Below the pieces are notes generated by a model. The model had not been told where the DNA came from. It ran no database searches and saw only the letters and a program-made list of their open reading frames with translations. The translations under genes and the position numbers were made by a program. From Okamejei kenojei (taxonomy: Eukaryota), in NCBI GenBank assembly GCA_035221665.1, contig CM069161.1, positions 3,782,001 to 3,846,000 of the forward strand: 64,000 nt of DNA, read 5' to 3'. Shown piece by piece: positions 13,040 through 25,583 of this stretch. Each line of letters starts with the position of its first letter. Position 1 is the stretch's first letter.

Positions 13040-14745
13040 TACAAAAAATCTAGTTATCCTACGAGAATCCTAAGAGATTCTATTGGTATATTAAGAGAAA
13101 AAGGATAACTACGGAAATAATAGGTCCCCTGTAAATTCAATGCTGTCTGTGTGTGAAGCCACAGGAGGGGAAGGTGTTAAGTGAATATGTCTTATCTATC
13201 TTTACCGTGGAGAACGTCATGGAAGCTAAGGCATAAAGGGAAATGAAGAGAGATACATTGGAGCATCTCCACATTGCAACAGAGTAGATGCTGGCGTTCT
13301 TGAAGCCTATCAAGGTGGAAAATTCCCAGTAGCTTGATCAAGTGTATTCTGGGACAGCTAAGGAAGAAATTGCAGCGGCTCTGGCAGAGATGTTTGCATT
13401 ACGTTAGCCACAAGGGAGGTACCAGAAGAATGGAGGAGGGTTATATCATGCCTTTATTTAAGACAGCTGCAAGGACAAGCTCGGACAATACAAGATGGTG
13501 AGCCTAACAATAGTGGTGGGACGGATTCAGAGCAGCAGGATCTACCAGAATTTGGAAACATTAGAACTGATTAGAGATAATCAGCATGGCTCTGTGCATC
13601 GTGCTTCACAAATTAGATTCAGTTTTTTGTAGAGATGATGATGACACGGGCAGGACAGTAGACGTTGTCTGCATAAACCTTAGTAAGGCGTTGACAAGGC
13701 TCCTGTGTAGTAGGTTGTCCTAAAAGGTTAGATCACATAGTGCAATAGTCAAATAGATACAAAATCGACTTTGTGAAATAAGGCAGAGATTGGTAGTGGA
13801 GAGTTGTTATTCAGATTGGAGCACTGCAATCTGAACGGCGCTTAGTCCACTGCTGTTACTGTACGACGTTTGCAGATGACACCAAAATTGGTGATTTGCT
13901 GGACACTGGAGGTGGCTACCTCTGGTTACAATAGTATCTAAATGAGCCTCGTGGGCCAAGGAATGGCAGATGCAATTTAACATACAAGTGTGAGGTGTTG
14001 CATTTGGTAAGTTAAACCACAGCTGGACTTACACAGTAAATGGTAAGGTTCTGGAGAGTTTTCTGAAACAGAAACACTTAGGAATAAAGGAACATAGTTC
14101 CCGAAAATGAAAGCGTGGGTGACGACAGGGTGATGAAAATGGTGTTTGACGCACTTGCCCTTCATTGGTCAGGGCATTAAGTACAGGTGCTGGATATCAC
14201 GTTGCAACTTTGCAAGTCATTGATTAATCCATACTTGGAGTATTGTTCACAGTTCTGATCAGCCAGTTTTAGGAAGGATTGTATTAAGCTAGAGAGGTTG
14301 CAAGAAAAAGATGTTACTGGGACTGAAGGAATTGATTTATAAAAAGGTAAATAGGCTTGGACTATTTTTTCCTGGAGCATAGGAAGCTGAGGGGTAATTT
14401 TATCAAAATATATAAAATCAATAGGGCTGTTAAGTAGGATAGTCACATGATATGGAACTACAAAAATTAGAAGACGTAAACTTCAGGACAAAGCAAAAGA
14501 TTTAAAAGAGAATTAAGCCCCAACTTTTCCACTCAGAAAATGGTGGATATACAGAGCAAGCTGCTAGTTGAAGCTGAAGAAATGGGTACAATTACAATGG
14601 TTAAAATATATTCGTTCAGGTGCATCAATAGAAAAATAATTAAGAGGGATATGGGTCAAAAGCAACCAAATGGGACTAGCTTGGATAGATATCTTGGATA
14701 TCATGAATGAATTGGGTCAAAGGGCCTGTTTCTGAGCTTTAAAAC
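13040..14745 (+). mobile_element. Old degraded CR1 LINE (ORF2 remnant and 3' end)
   Basis: Frameshifted remnants include tttgcagatgacaccaaaattgg (FADDTKIG), gaatggcagatgcaatttaa (EWQMQFN), and the tail gggtcaaagggcctgtttct. Confidence 0.85.
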
Positions 14746-15354
14746 GATGACATTTTCCAGTTTGTGCTACTCATCTGCACACGAGACAATTTACAGTGGG
14801 CAATTACCAGCCAATCAGTCTTTGCGATGAAGGATCAGAAGAGCCAGAGGAACCCACACAGTCACAGAGAGAATATGTGAGTTCAAGACCCAAAGCAACC
14901 TCTTTAAAACAATCCTCCTCCCTGCCAACACTTCCACTGAATATAGGGAATCAGTGGAATTTAGTTAAACCTGTGCCCTTTTGTTATGCTTCCATCCAAA
15001 AGTTCCTGTGCACTCTTCCAATACATCTGGCTATTCGCATTTCTTTCAGATTTCAACCCAATTTATTGCTATTGGCTCATTAGAAACACACATAGTCCAG
15101 CTATTTCAAGATGGGCAGATACACTAAAGCATCGTGGCTCTTGATAACTGTTTTATGATACATTAAAACATTAAATACCAAAATATGATTTTTTTTTAGA
15201 GGAGCTCACTAATGACAAACTGCTGCTAGCATCTTGAAACTGCACAAAGCTGCATTTCTCATTCATCATTTAGTTATTCCATTATATTCCCAATCATGGT
15301 AACACTTAAACAATTCACTTTTCTGTGAGTTGTAACTATTCTGAAAGTACGGAC

Positions 15355-15960
15355 AAAAATACTGATTTGAACCACTGGGAAGATCAACCCTAGATTAACT
15401 GGGAAAGTGGATCAGCTCCGGATCAACTGGAAAAGTGGGCTATAGAATTGCAAATGGAATGTCATAAGTTCATAAGTTATAGGACCAAAATTAGGCCACT
15501 CGGCCTATCAGATTTACTCCAACTTTTAATTACGGTTGATCTATCTTAACCCCAAACCTCTCACCACTACTTTCCTGCCTTCTCTCCATAACCCTTGACA
15601 CCCGTACTAATCTGAATTTAATTCAGACAGTCCATAGTGTTGCATTTTGGGATGCTTACTCAGTGCAGGACATACATATTGAATTACAGGGCTCTGCAGA
15701 GTGTTACAGAACAGAGATACCCAGGGTTCAAGTACATAGTTTCTTGAAAGTTTCAACATAGGTAGACAGGGTGGTGAAGGAGACATTTGGCACACTTGCT
15801 TTCAATGATCAGAATACAAGAATATGGATCTTATATTACAGCTGTTGAAACTGCATTTGGTGTACTGTGCAGTTCTGGGTGCCTAGCGAGAGCAAGGATG
15901 TTATTATTCTAGGAAGGGTGCTGAAAATATTCACATGGATGCTGCCAAGAGTAGATAACT
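15355..15960 (+). mobile_element. CR1 fragment interrupted by an opposite-strand CR1 3' tail (~15462-15612)
   Basis: ggaaaagtgggc...caaatggaat is continued by gaatttaattcagac...ttgcattttggg after an inserted reverse tail (cataagttcataagttatagga...cctgccttctctccataacccttg). Confidence 0.65.
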
Positions 15961-16509
15961 ACTATTTTTTATTTCTTCCACATTCAATTAACTCCTTAAG
16001 AGTAAAAACCCTACGTTATGAAGCCGCACTATGCAGTCAAAACATGAAAACTTCTAATTAACTAATGAGCAACAGATCTGGCAGTTTTCTGCTAATTTTT
16101 ATATTGTTGAGTCATAAAAAATATATTTTCTGTAGACCAGTATGATATCCACTCTTTATCTTGGCACCTTTGTCTCAACTGTTACGCTGATTTTGATGGT
16201 TTCAGCTAATGGAAAAAGAACATTCCAGAGTGACAGTTATAGCCACCAGCAAAAAAAAAACACTTTCTGCCTAATAAACATTAAATCCCAGTCTTGTAAC
16301 ATGACCTAACTGGCAACTGGTTACCTGAAATCATCTTTAGCATATAGAATCAAAATGATACATCACTTGCGGTTGTTTGTATCACTGCACTGTGTCATGC
16401 ATGCATCACAGAAAATAATTCTGCTCATGCCACTGTCACAGTAGTCGGTCACAGTTCACATTTGGGCCTTCCTCTTAACTACTGCTTATATTTTGATCAG
16501 TTTCACCAT

Positions 16510-16975
16510 AACTCGAAAGCACAGGAACAAAGAAGATTGCAGAGACCTGAAACTGCCCAGATACACTGTATTGATCTCCCCTCCATCAAAGGCATCTTAC
16601 AAGAGTCGCTGCCTCAAAAATGCAGCCAACATCAGAGACCCACATCACCCTGGCCACGCATTCATTTCACTCCCGCCATATTGAAGAAGGTAAAGGAGCC
16701 TGAAAACTGTAATGTCTAAGTTCACAAGTAGCTTCTTTCCTACTCCCATCAGGTTATTAAACACTACAACCTCCAAAGAGGTTCTGAACTATATAGACTT
16801 GGGGACATTATTTTTACACTATTATTGCCTATTTATTTGTGTTTTTTTTAATTATATATACTGAACATTTTCTTGTTGTTTATTATGGGTTTTACAGAGT
16901 ACCATGATTGCATGTCTTTTGTGCTGCTGCAAGTAAGAATTTCATTGTTCAGTTTTGGCAAAACACTCTTGACTC
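16510..16975 (+). mobile_element. Rex1/Babar LINE 3' fragment
   Basis: RCLKNAANIRDPHHPGHAFISLPP (ORF 16493..16684) matches the C-terminus of the element at 19555..20229. The tail contains gctgcaagtaagaatttcattgtt. Confidence 0.85.
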
Positions 16976-17495
16976 AGAATAAAAAAATCTCATCATGTCC
17001 ATTCTTCGATAGGCTCACTGAAACACATACCTACTACCTCCAGTCCAGCATATCTGCCTGAGCTCACCAAATTCTCCAACTGACCTGACACTCCTCCATT
17101 CTATTGCTTGTAAAGGCATTAGCCATCAAAATCCCATCATTTGCAGTGGCCCCTTGTGAACGTTTATGCCTCTCTTGGCTTCTTTGACTATTTTCATTTA
17201 TTTTACCAGATTTTTAGCTACTTTTCCATATCTCTTCCTTCCAAGCTCAGCGTCAATTTTCACGTGAACCACCCTGGGATGATTACAAAAAAACCCCAGA
17301 AAATAATAGATATGTTTAGCAGACTATGGAGATAGAAACCAAGTTTGTGTTTCAGCCTGACGATTATTATTTTATCCGCAAAGATCATTATAAATACAAA
17401 ATAATATAAATACCAATATGAAAAAAACAAGCCAAGAGCATAATACTTCGAAGTAAATTCAGCACAAGATGAGCAAGAAGAAAAGCACAAAATGC

Positions 17496-17790
17496 TGGGA
17501 CCACAGTTTAAGAATAAGGGGTAGGCCATTTAGAACGGTGACGAGGAAACATTTTTTCTCACAGGGAGTTGTGAGTCTGTGGAATTCTCTGCCTCAGAGG
17601 GCGGTGGAGGCCAGTTCTCTGGATACTTTCAAGGGAGAGCTAGATAGCGCTCTTAAAGATAGCGGAGTGAAGGGCTATGGGGAGAAGGCAGGAACGGGCT
17701 ACTGATTGGGGATGATCAGCCATGATCACATTGAATGGCAGTGCTGGCTCGAAGGGCCAAATGGCCTACTCCTGCATCTATTGTCTATCA
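17496..17790 (+). mobile_element. CR1 LINE 3' end
   Basis: HSLRIRGRPFRT...VVSLWNSLPQRAVEA...GYGEKAG (ORF 17469..17705) and the tail gaagggccaaatggcctactcctgc. Confidence 0.9.
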
Positions 17791-19375
17791 CGCAGCATCT
17801 ACGCAAATAGAATCAGAGTTAATGTTTCAAGTCGGATCCCTGTCAGAGCTGATGAGCATTTTAAAATGGATGAATGCTCCAACTTTGTTATGCACAAACC
17901 AAAAAGTATTGCCAGTACTTTGCTACAAGTTTCCGATTCACACATCTCATCTTCCAAATGTGCGTGAGAGAAAATGAGCTCTTTAAAGGTTTAGTGGAAC
18001 ATGGTCTGCCCAGTATGGTACTAAACTATAAATATCTGAACAGTTTCAGATTAGAGCTATGACCATTGCTGAATACAATGACGAGACAAGATGTCCTGGT
18101 ATTGGTTTTCATCAGTGTTCACTCTCCAACAACCAACCCCGTCGAAATAATCTACATGAAATCCAGGTAAGGCATAATCACACTCATTGTACAACATGTG
18201 TCTGTCGGCCCTTTTATGTTAAAGACAGGCAAAAATGTTAGCTCTCTTACTAGCAAGAGCCAGTCTAGAATTGGTCTCCATGACAGAGAAGTTGCCATTT
18301 AACGCAGTACCAAGCAGCATACTGGGCCATTCAGGACCATGGAGTATAGGAATTACAGGCCATGAAGGCAGAATAAAAAGAGGTTCAGATGGAACGTAAA
18401 TGAATCAATTCATATGATTTTTTCCTCTGCTATCAGCTCTATATATTGCGCTGGTGAAAGGTATTAATGATACCACATTTTTATCAGCTGGATACAGCTA
18501 CTCTCCCTCTCCTCCCACCCCACTATAAGATGGGACAATACTAATTATTAACATATGGGTTAAGTGTTGCTGTAAAATTTAAACTTGCAAAAATAACAAC
18601 TATTTAAACAGTTCAGTTCTGTCATGAATTTCCAGACATATTTTATTGGACTGGGCAGGAACCCAGTAGCAGTCAGTACTTGTAGGCCCTTGCCCTGTGA
18701 AGTATTTCTTACAATATGCATTAACTCTGCTCCTAGCCCTCAGCTATGGAATTAAAATGAAAAAAAAAAAGTAATCTAGATAAATGGCTTTATTCCCTGG
18801 GGAGATATCTTGTCACTACAGGTCCTCGTTAGTGTGCAAGTTAGAACAAAGATGGAAGAAGCAAACAGGAATCCATATAACCACAATTAATCTTAATACA
18901 TACCTGAGTCTCGATTAAAGGTGATATAGACAACTACCCTCAAAACCTATGGTTTTTCTCAATTCCTCACCACTGTACAATCCTACCCTATTAAACAATT
19001 CTAACCTATCCCAGTTCCATCACACATTGGTAAAAGAAGGAAGATCTCAGATTAAAGGAGATGGTTTTAATAGAGAGTTTATGGTTGACATTTTATATGA
19101 ATTTAGAATGCTCCCATTGCAATCTCCAAAATCCAAAGTAACTTTTATTTTTCATACACATGATACATAGAAATAGCTGACGAAAATTAAAAACTGATAT
19201 TATTTACGTCCATCCCTGCACACCCAAGCTTCACTTCAGCACTGCCCTTCGAAAGAGAAATTATATTTGAGACCAGGCATTGCTCTTGCTGGAATGCACC
19301 AGTCCCTCACTAAACTAGATATGTGTCTACAGACCCTAAAGTGCCACTATGCACCCTAAGTCACAAAGATCAATT

Positions 19376-22300
19376 CAAGTCAAAGTCAAAAGTCAAAAGA
19401 GTTTATTGTCATGTGTCCCTGACAGGACAATGAAATTCTTTCTTTGCATAGCACAACAGAACATAGTAGGCATTGACTACAGTTATATACTTAAATACAC
19501 ACATTAATTAATAAATTAATAACGTGCAAATAACAGATGGAGGGGTATTAATGTTCAGAGTTTTGTCCGAGCCAGGTTTAATAGCCTGATGGCGGTGGGG
19601 AAGTAGCTATTCCTGAACCGGGTCGTTGCAGTTCTCAGGCTCCTGTACCTTCTACCCGAAGGTAGCAGGGAGATGAGTGTGTGGCCAGGGTTGTGTGGGT
19701 CCTTGATGTTGCTGCCAGCCTTTTTGAGGTAACGGCTGTGGTAGATCCCCTCGATGGAAGGAAGGTCAGAGCCGATGGTGGACTGGGCAGTGTTTACTAC
19801 CTTTTGTAGTCTTTTCCTCTCCAGGGCACTCAAGTTGCCGAACCAAGCCACGATGCAACCGGTCAGCAAGCTCTCTACTGTGCACCTGTAGAAGTTAGAG
19901 AGAGTCCTCCTTGACAGACCGACTCTCCATAATATTCTCAGGAAGTAGAGGCGCTGATGAGCTTTCTTAATAATTGCATCTGTGTTCTCGGACCAGGAAA
20001 GATCTTCACAGATGTGCACGCCCAGGAATTTGAAGCTCTTGACCCTTTCAACCATCGACCCGTTGATATAAACAGGACTGTGGGTTCCCATCCTACTCCT
20101 TCCAAAGTCCACAATCAGTTCCTTGGTTTTGCTGGTGTTGAGGGCCAGGTTATTGTGCTGGCACCATATGGACAGTCGCTCGATCTCTCTTCTGTACTCC
20201 GACTCATCCCCATCAGTGATACGTCCCACTACAGTGGTGTCGTCAGCGAACTTGATGATGGAGTTCGCACTGTGACCGGCTACGCAGTCATGAGTATAGA
20301 GTGAGTACTTTGGTGCTGATTGTTATCGAGTCTGATGTGGTCTGTGAATGAGGAAGTCGAGGATCCAATTGCAGAGGGATTACCGAGCTGTAGTCACAGC
20401 CTGACATATGAAAGTGGTCCAGAGCGGAGTGGAGGGCCAGCGAGATCGTGTCCACCGTTGATCTGTTGTGGCGGTAAGTGAACTGCAGTGGGTCCAGGTT
20501 TTTGTCAAGGTAGGAGTTGATTTGCGCCATGATCAACCTCTCGAAGCATTTCATCACCACAGGCGTTAGTGCCACAGGTCGATAGTAATTGAGGCACGTC
20601 ACCTTGCTCTTCTTGGGCACCGGTATTATTGATGCCCTTTTGAGGCAGGTGGGAACCTCAGACCTCAGAAGTGAAAATGTCCGTAAAAACTCCAGCTAGT
20701 TGGTCCGCACAGGTTTTTAAAACACGACCAGGTATGCCATCAGGTCCAGACGCTTTTCGAGGGTTCACTCCTCTGAAGGATTTCCTGACGTCGGCTTCTG
20801 TGACTGAGACTGAAATACCACCACAGCGAATGGGGGCTCGGGAAGGCACATCGGTGTTCTCCCTATCAAAGCGTGCGTAAAACGCATTGAGCTCGTCAGG
20901 GAGTGATGTATCGCCGACATCCGAGCTGCCTCCTGGTTTCGCCTTGTAGGAGGTGATTGCATTCAGTCCCTGCCACAGCTGCCGAACATCTGTCTCATCC
21001 TCCAGTTTGGAGCAGAACTCCCTTTTGGCCTTTTTGATGGCCTTACCAAGGTCGTATCTGGACTTCGTGTAGACCACTGTATCATCAGACATGAATGCCC
21101 GGTGTCTGGTCTTCAGAAGAGTGCGGATCTCAGAGTTCATCCAAGGTTTCTGATTGGGAAACACTCGGAAGGTTTTTGTAGGGATGCAGTCCTCCACACA
21201 TTTCTTAATGAAGTCTGTAACAACTGTGGCATATTCATTCAAGTCCGTTGCCGAGTCCTTGAACATTGCCCAGTCTACAGACTACAAACAGCCTTGTAGT
21301 TGTTCCTCTGCCCCCCCCCCCCCGACCAGCTCTGTACTGTCCTCACCTCTGGGGGTGCGCTCTTTAATTGCTGCCTATAGGCAGGAAGAAGCAGCACCGC
21401 AGTGTGGTCGGATTTACCGAAGTGAGGGCGAGGGATAGAGCGGTAAGCATTCTTGATGGTGGTGTAGCAGTGGTCGAGGGTGTTTGGTCCTCTGGTGCAG
21501 CAGGAGACATGTTGGTGGAAGTTAGGGAGCGATTTCTTGAGGTTTGCCTTATTGAAGTCCCCAGCAATGGTGGTAAAAGCCTCGGGGTAAGACGTCTGGT
21601 GTTTGTTGACCATGGCGTGCAGCTCCTCCAGTGCCAGACGGACGCCTGCCTGGGGTGGGATGTAGACCGCGGTCAGGATGATGGAGGTGAATTCCCTCGG
21701 AAGGTAGAAGGGACGGCACTTCACCGCCAGATGTTCGAGATGTTGAGAGCAGGAGTTGGACAGGACTGCCACGTCTGAGCGCCACGCAGAGTTGACCATG
21801 AGTCAGACGCCCCCTCCTCTCCCTTTCCCCGATGCCAGTCGGTGAATGGAGAACCCTTCAGGCTGGACCGCTGAGTCTGGGGAGCTGGGGGTGAGCCATG
21901 TCTCTGTGAAACAGAACACACAGCATTCCCTCAGCTCCTTTTGATAAAGCAGTCTTGCCCTTAAGTCCTCCACTTTATTTTCAAGGGACTGTACATTGGC
22001 CAATAGGATAGTAGGGAGAGGGGGCCGAAGTCCCCTGCGCTTCAGTCTGACCTGAAGTCCTGCCCGCCGGCCACGTTTCCGGACACAATGGAGGCTTCCC
22101 CTTTGTTTCCAGGTACTGTGTTTACTGTGCCTGCTGTTTCTGCGGACCAGCGCTGGATCGGGAATTCCCTCACAGACGGCAGCTCCAGCTCCTTTAAAGT
22201 CGGCAGCTGCAGCTCCAGCTCCGTAACGAACAGGGGTTCCCTCAAAGTCAGCGGCTCCAGCTTCATTTTTTCTGGGATATCCAGCCCGTCGGCTCTGGAG

Positions 22301-22390
22301 GTCATCCCAGGGTTTCCAGGTGCCGTACTTGGGTTCCTCAGTCGGGTCGGGAGTGGGAAATTGTGGCAACCTTCATTGGTTTGGCCCAGT
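19376..22390 (-). mobile_element. Near full-length Rex1/Babar LINE (~3 kb, APE endonuclease + RT), disrupted
   Basis: ORF pieces 21803..22369 (LPTILLANVQSLENK, FCFTETWL), 21275..21799 (AVYIPP, AGDFN, TLDHCY, SDH), 20658..21266 (KASGPDGIPG), 20288..20620 (YRPVALT) and 19555..20229. KFADDTT lies near 20235-20255. The 3' tail is TGACAATAAA followed by (TTTTGAC)n. Confidence 0.95.
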
Positions 22391-22391
22391 A

Positions 22392-22694
22392 GGCACAGCA
22401 CGGCGGTGTAGTGGTAGAGCTGCTGCCTTACAACACCTGAGACCAAAGTTCGATCCCGACTACAGGTGCTGTCGGTACGGAGTTTGTACATTCTCCCTGT
22501 GATCGCGTAGGCTTTCAGTCGGGTGCTCCGGTTTCCTCCCACACCCCAAAGACATACAGGTTTGTAGATTAATTGGCTTTGGTAAAAATTGTAAACTGTC
22601 GCTAGTGCGTAGGATAACGTTAGTGCACGGGGTGATCGCTGGTTGGCGCGGTCTCAGTGGACCAAAGGACTTGTTTCTGCACTGTACCTCTAAA
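22392..22694 (+). mobile_element. HE1-type tRNA-derived V-SINE
   Basis: tRNA-like head (gtagtggtagagctgctgccttaca...agttcgatcc B box), V-domain core (cggagtttgtacattctcc...ccggtttcctcccaca) and a CR1-derived tail. Confidence 0.9.
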
Positions 22695-22994
22695 GGAAAG
22701 TATCAAACCAGCAGAACAATTACTTTGTTACCCTCTCTCCATGTCATCAGGCTAGGCGGAATTTTAACAAGAGATTAACCTCGCTTCAAGCACAGACAAC
22801 TGCAGAGAAGGAGGTTGGAGCAGGCTGGTAAAAATCAAAAAGCAAGGAAGAAGGAAAGCCATGCTTCAAAAAACAAGCAGCCTGCACTCATTTGGATCAA
22901 GCACATGTGAAAGCATGACCAGGATTTCATTTAAAATCCTGTTTTATATAATCAATTTATAAGAAATGTCTGCTATGATGCAGATAGAGACGTA

Positions 22995-23640
22995 AATATG
23001 AGGACTAAGCCACTTGGCCCTTCAAGCCTGGTATGGTTTTCAACAAAGTCATGGCTGATCCTTTCAACACCACATTCCGATCTATTAGCTGTAACCCTTC
23101 ACCCCTTTGCCTTAAGAACTCATCCACCTTTGCCTTAAAAATATTCAAAGACAATGCTTTCACTGCCCTTTGAAGAAGAGACTTCAAAAGTCTGCAAACA
23201 AAGAACACAGATGTTTGAGGCAGATATGATTTTGGCATTTAAGAGACATTTGCATATGCACATGGATATGCAGGGAATGGAAGGATATGGATAATATGCA
23301 GGTAGGTAAGAGATGGTCTTGGCATCATGTTCGGCTCAGACATTGTGAGCCAAAGGGCTTGTTCTTGTGCTGCACCGTTCTATGCTCTTCCTCAAATGGA
23401 CCATCCCTTATTTATAAATAGTGATATCCGAGAAAACAGCATTTTCACATTCAACGTGAAGACTAGGCAGGATCTTATATATTTCAATCAACTCCCTGTT
23501 CACCCTTCTAAAGACCAGCCAACACAAGCTTAACATGACTAATCGTCCCTCATAAAACAACCTGCCCATTCCAAGTATTAGTCTGGCAGACCTTCTCTGA
23601 ACTGTTTTCTAACCTTAAATAAACTGACGCACTATTCCGT
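22995..23640. mobile_element. Cluster of old CR1 3' fragments in both orientations
   Basis: Minus-strand tail with LLQRAVKALSLNIFKAKVDEFL (ORF 23005..23238), interrupted by a plus-strand tail ending gagccaaagggcttgttcttgtgctg. Confidence 0.65.
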
Positions 23641-23904
23641 AATCCCCGATGTAATCGAGGCATAACCTCCCCCTCCTTTTGCATTCAATTGCTCTTGCAG
23701 TAAACAACATGTTACCCAAGGGAATTCTCTGATCACAAAATATATACTTTACTTTCAGTCATATTCTGATAATTTTGGATGAAGTTTCCTGGGAGGTGGT
23801 TTGCATGGAGAGTAAGTACGGGATTGAACCAGCTGACTGACTATTTCCTGCTGTGACATTCTATACACAGCTGAAAGTGACAGAAATCCGAAAAAAAAGA
23901 CAGA

Positions 23905-24078
23905 AATGCAAGGAACTACAGATGCAGAAATCTTGAGCAACATACATAGTGCTGGAGTAACTCAGTGCGTCATTCAACATCTGTGGACGGAATGGAGGGT
24001 CTTGATCCAAAAGGCCTATCCATTCCCTCTACAGATGCTGCCTGACCTTCTGAGTTACTTCAGCACTATGTTTTGCCT
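23905..24078. mobile_element. Penelope-terminus-like fold-back element (older)
   Basis: caaggaactacagatgc...catagtgctggagtaactcag is inverted against ctgagttacttcagcactatg. The junction is at gagggtcttgatcc. Confidence 0.75.
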
Positions 24079-24106
24079 GAAAGGAAGGATGGATACTTGT
24101 ACCTTA

Positions 24107-24802
24107 TGCGCCTGTCCCACTTAGGCGACTTTTTAGGCGACTGCAGGAGACTATGCAGTCACCACATGGTCGCCACATGTTCATGGGTAGTTGCCGGGGA
24201 GTCACATTCATGGTCGTGAGGAGTTCCCACATTCTGGGAACTAGTCTAGGCCTCATTGTGGTCGCCGTGAATTTTCAACATGCTGAAAAATGGAGATTAG
24301 CGAGAATTCTCGAGCTGTAAGTGGGTCGGCAGGATGTCCTAGTGGGTTGCCAGGAGGTCAAAGGTTCTCAGAGGTTCTCGTAGGTTGGAGCCGGTGTTGA
24401 CAGGTGAATTTCATTAGCTCATTGGGAAAAAAAAAGGTAATCTGTTGTTATCAGAATTAAGGATAACCAACCAGTAATGTTAATTCTCCTCCGAGCTTCA
24501 CAGCTGTGTATCTCTGGCTTCTTGAAAGTTCTCTCCACTCCTTCTCCCCCATTTTTTTAAGGACTTACCATACACTGTGCTTTAGCTGTCTTTTAATAGC
24601 ACCAACCTTCCTGTTCATCGTGGTGTGTGTCTGTATGACCTTGGCTTTGCACCGTGTGAATCTTTTACACGCACCTAAAATAATTCGTCCGTCCGTCCGT
24701 CCGTCCGTCTGTCTGTCTGTCACTCTGCCAGCTGCCATTCCAGTTCCCGGTGTTTCAGTCACCGGTAGTCAGTTGAATAATCGCCTACGTGGGACAGGCC
24801 CA
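24107..24802. mobile_element. Non-autonomous DNA transposon (MITE, Harbinger-like) with 22-bp TIRs
   Basis: Left end tgcgcctgtcccacttaggcga versus reverse complement of the right end tgggcctgtcccacgtaggcga. Flanks are TTA and TAA (TA on both sides). Internal (TCCG)n(TCTG)n repeat. Confidence 0.85.
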
Positions 24803-24934
24803 TAACTTTCAACCTTGCTTGGTACATGGGGAGCAAGAACAAAATAAAGCTGCAATTGACGCATTTTTGGATCTTTATTAGCATCTTTGGATCACACAGA
24901 CCTGATTCCACACCACTGACTCCTTATACACTTC

Positions 24935-25340
24935 ATGCTACATCGGAAAAGCAGCCAACATGATCAAAGATTTGTCCCACCCTAGTCAATCCTTCTTCTC
25001 CCCACTTCCATCCTGTAGTAGGTACAGATGCTTGAAAGTGCGCACGACCAGACTCAGGAACAGCTTCTTCCCCTTTGTTATCAGGGTTCTGAATGGGCCT
25101 TCCATAAGTTACTGTCGGATTCAACTCCACCTCTTTGTGGACATTGGACTTTGTCTAAGCAACTGATGCGCTATAATGCTGAGAATTATATTCTGCATTC
25201 TGTATCTTCCCCTTTGCTCTAACTATTGTACTTGAGTTTAACGTGAGTTTAACTTATGTATGGTATATCTGATCAGTTTGGATATCATGTAAAACAAAGC
25301 TTTTCACGGCACCACACATGACAATAATAAACCTAAACCC
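24935..25340 (+). mobile_element. Rex1/Babar LINE 3' fragment
   Basis: IKDLSHPSQSFFSPLPSCSRYRCLKVRTTRLRNSFFP and the tail aaagcttttcac...catgacaataataaacctaaac. Confidence 0.85.
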
Positions 25341-25583
25341 AAAAGGAACAAATGGATAGATATGAAGCAATTCTAGATTAATACCTTGATGCACTTATGG
25401 AGCGAAAGAGAAATGACAGTAATATCAAGACCATCTTCACTAACTGGCTTGATTCTCTGCAAAAGAAAACCAATGTAATTTTACACATTTGGTTCCCAAT
25501 GAGTCTGAATGAAAATCAGCTTGCATTTTGTTCTGCCTATGCTCCAAAGAGCTGAAAATGTGGGTTTTACTTGCTCCCTATAG

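Noticed and set aside
22392-22470. tRNA gene
   Set aside because: The tRNA-like A/B boxes continue into the V-SINE core and CR1-like tail, so this is a SINE head. The same applies at 27572, 49792 and 52148.
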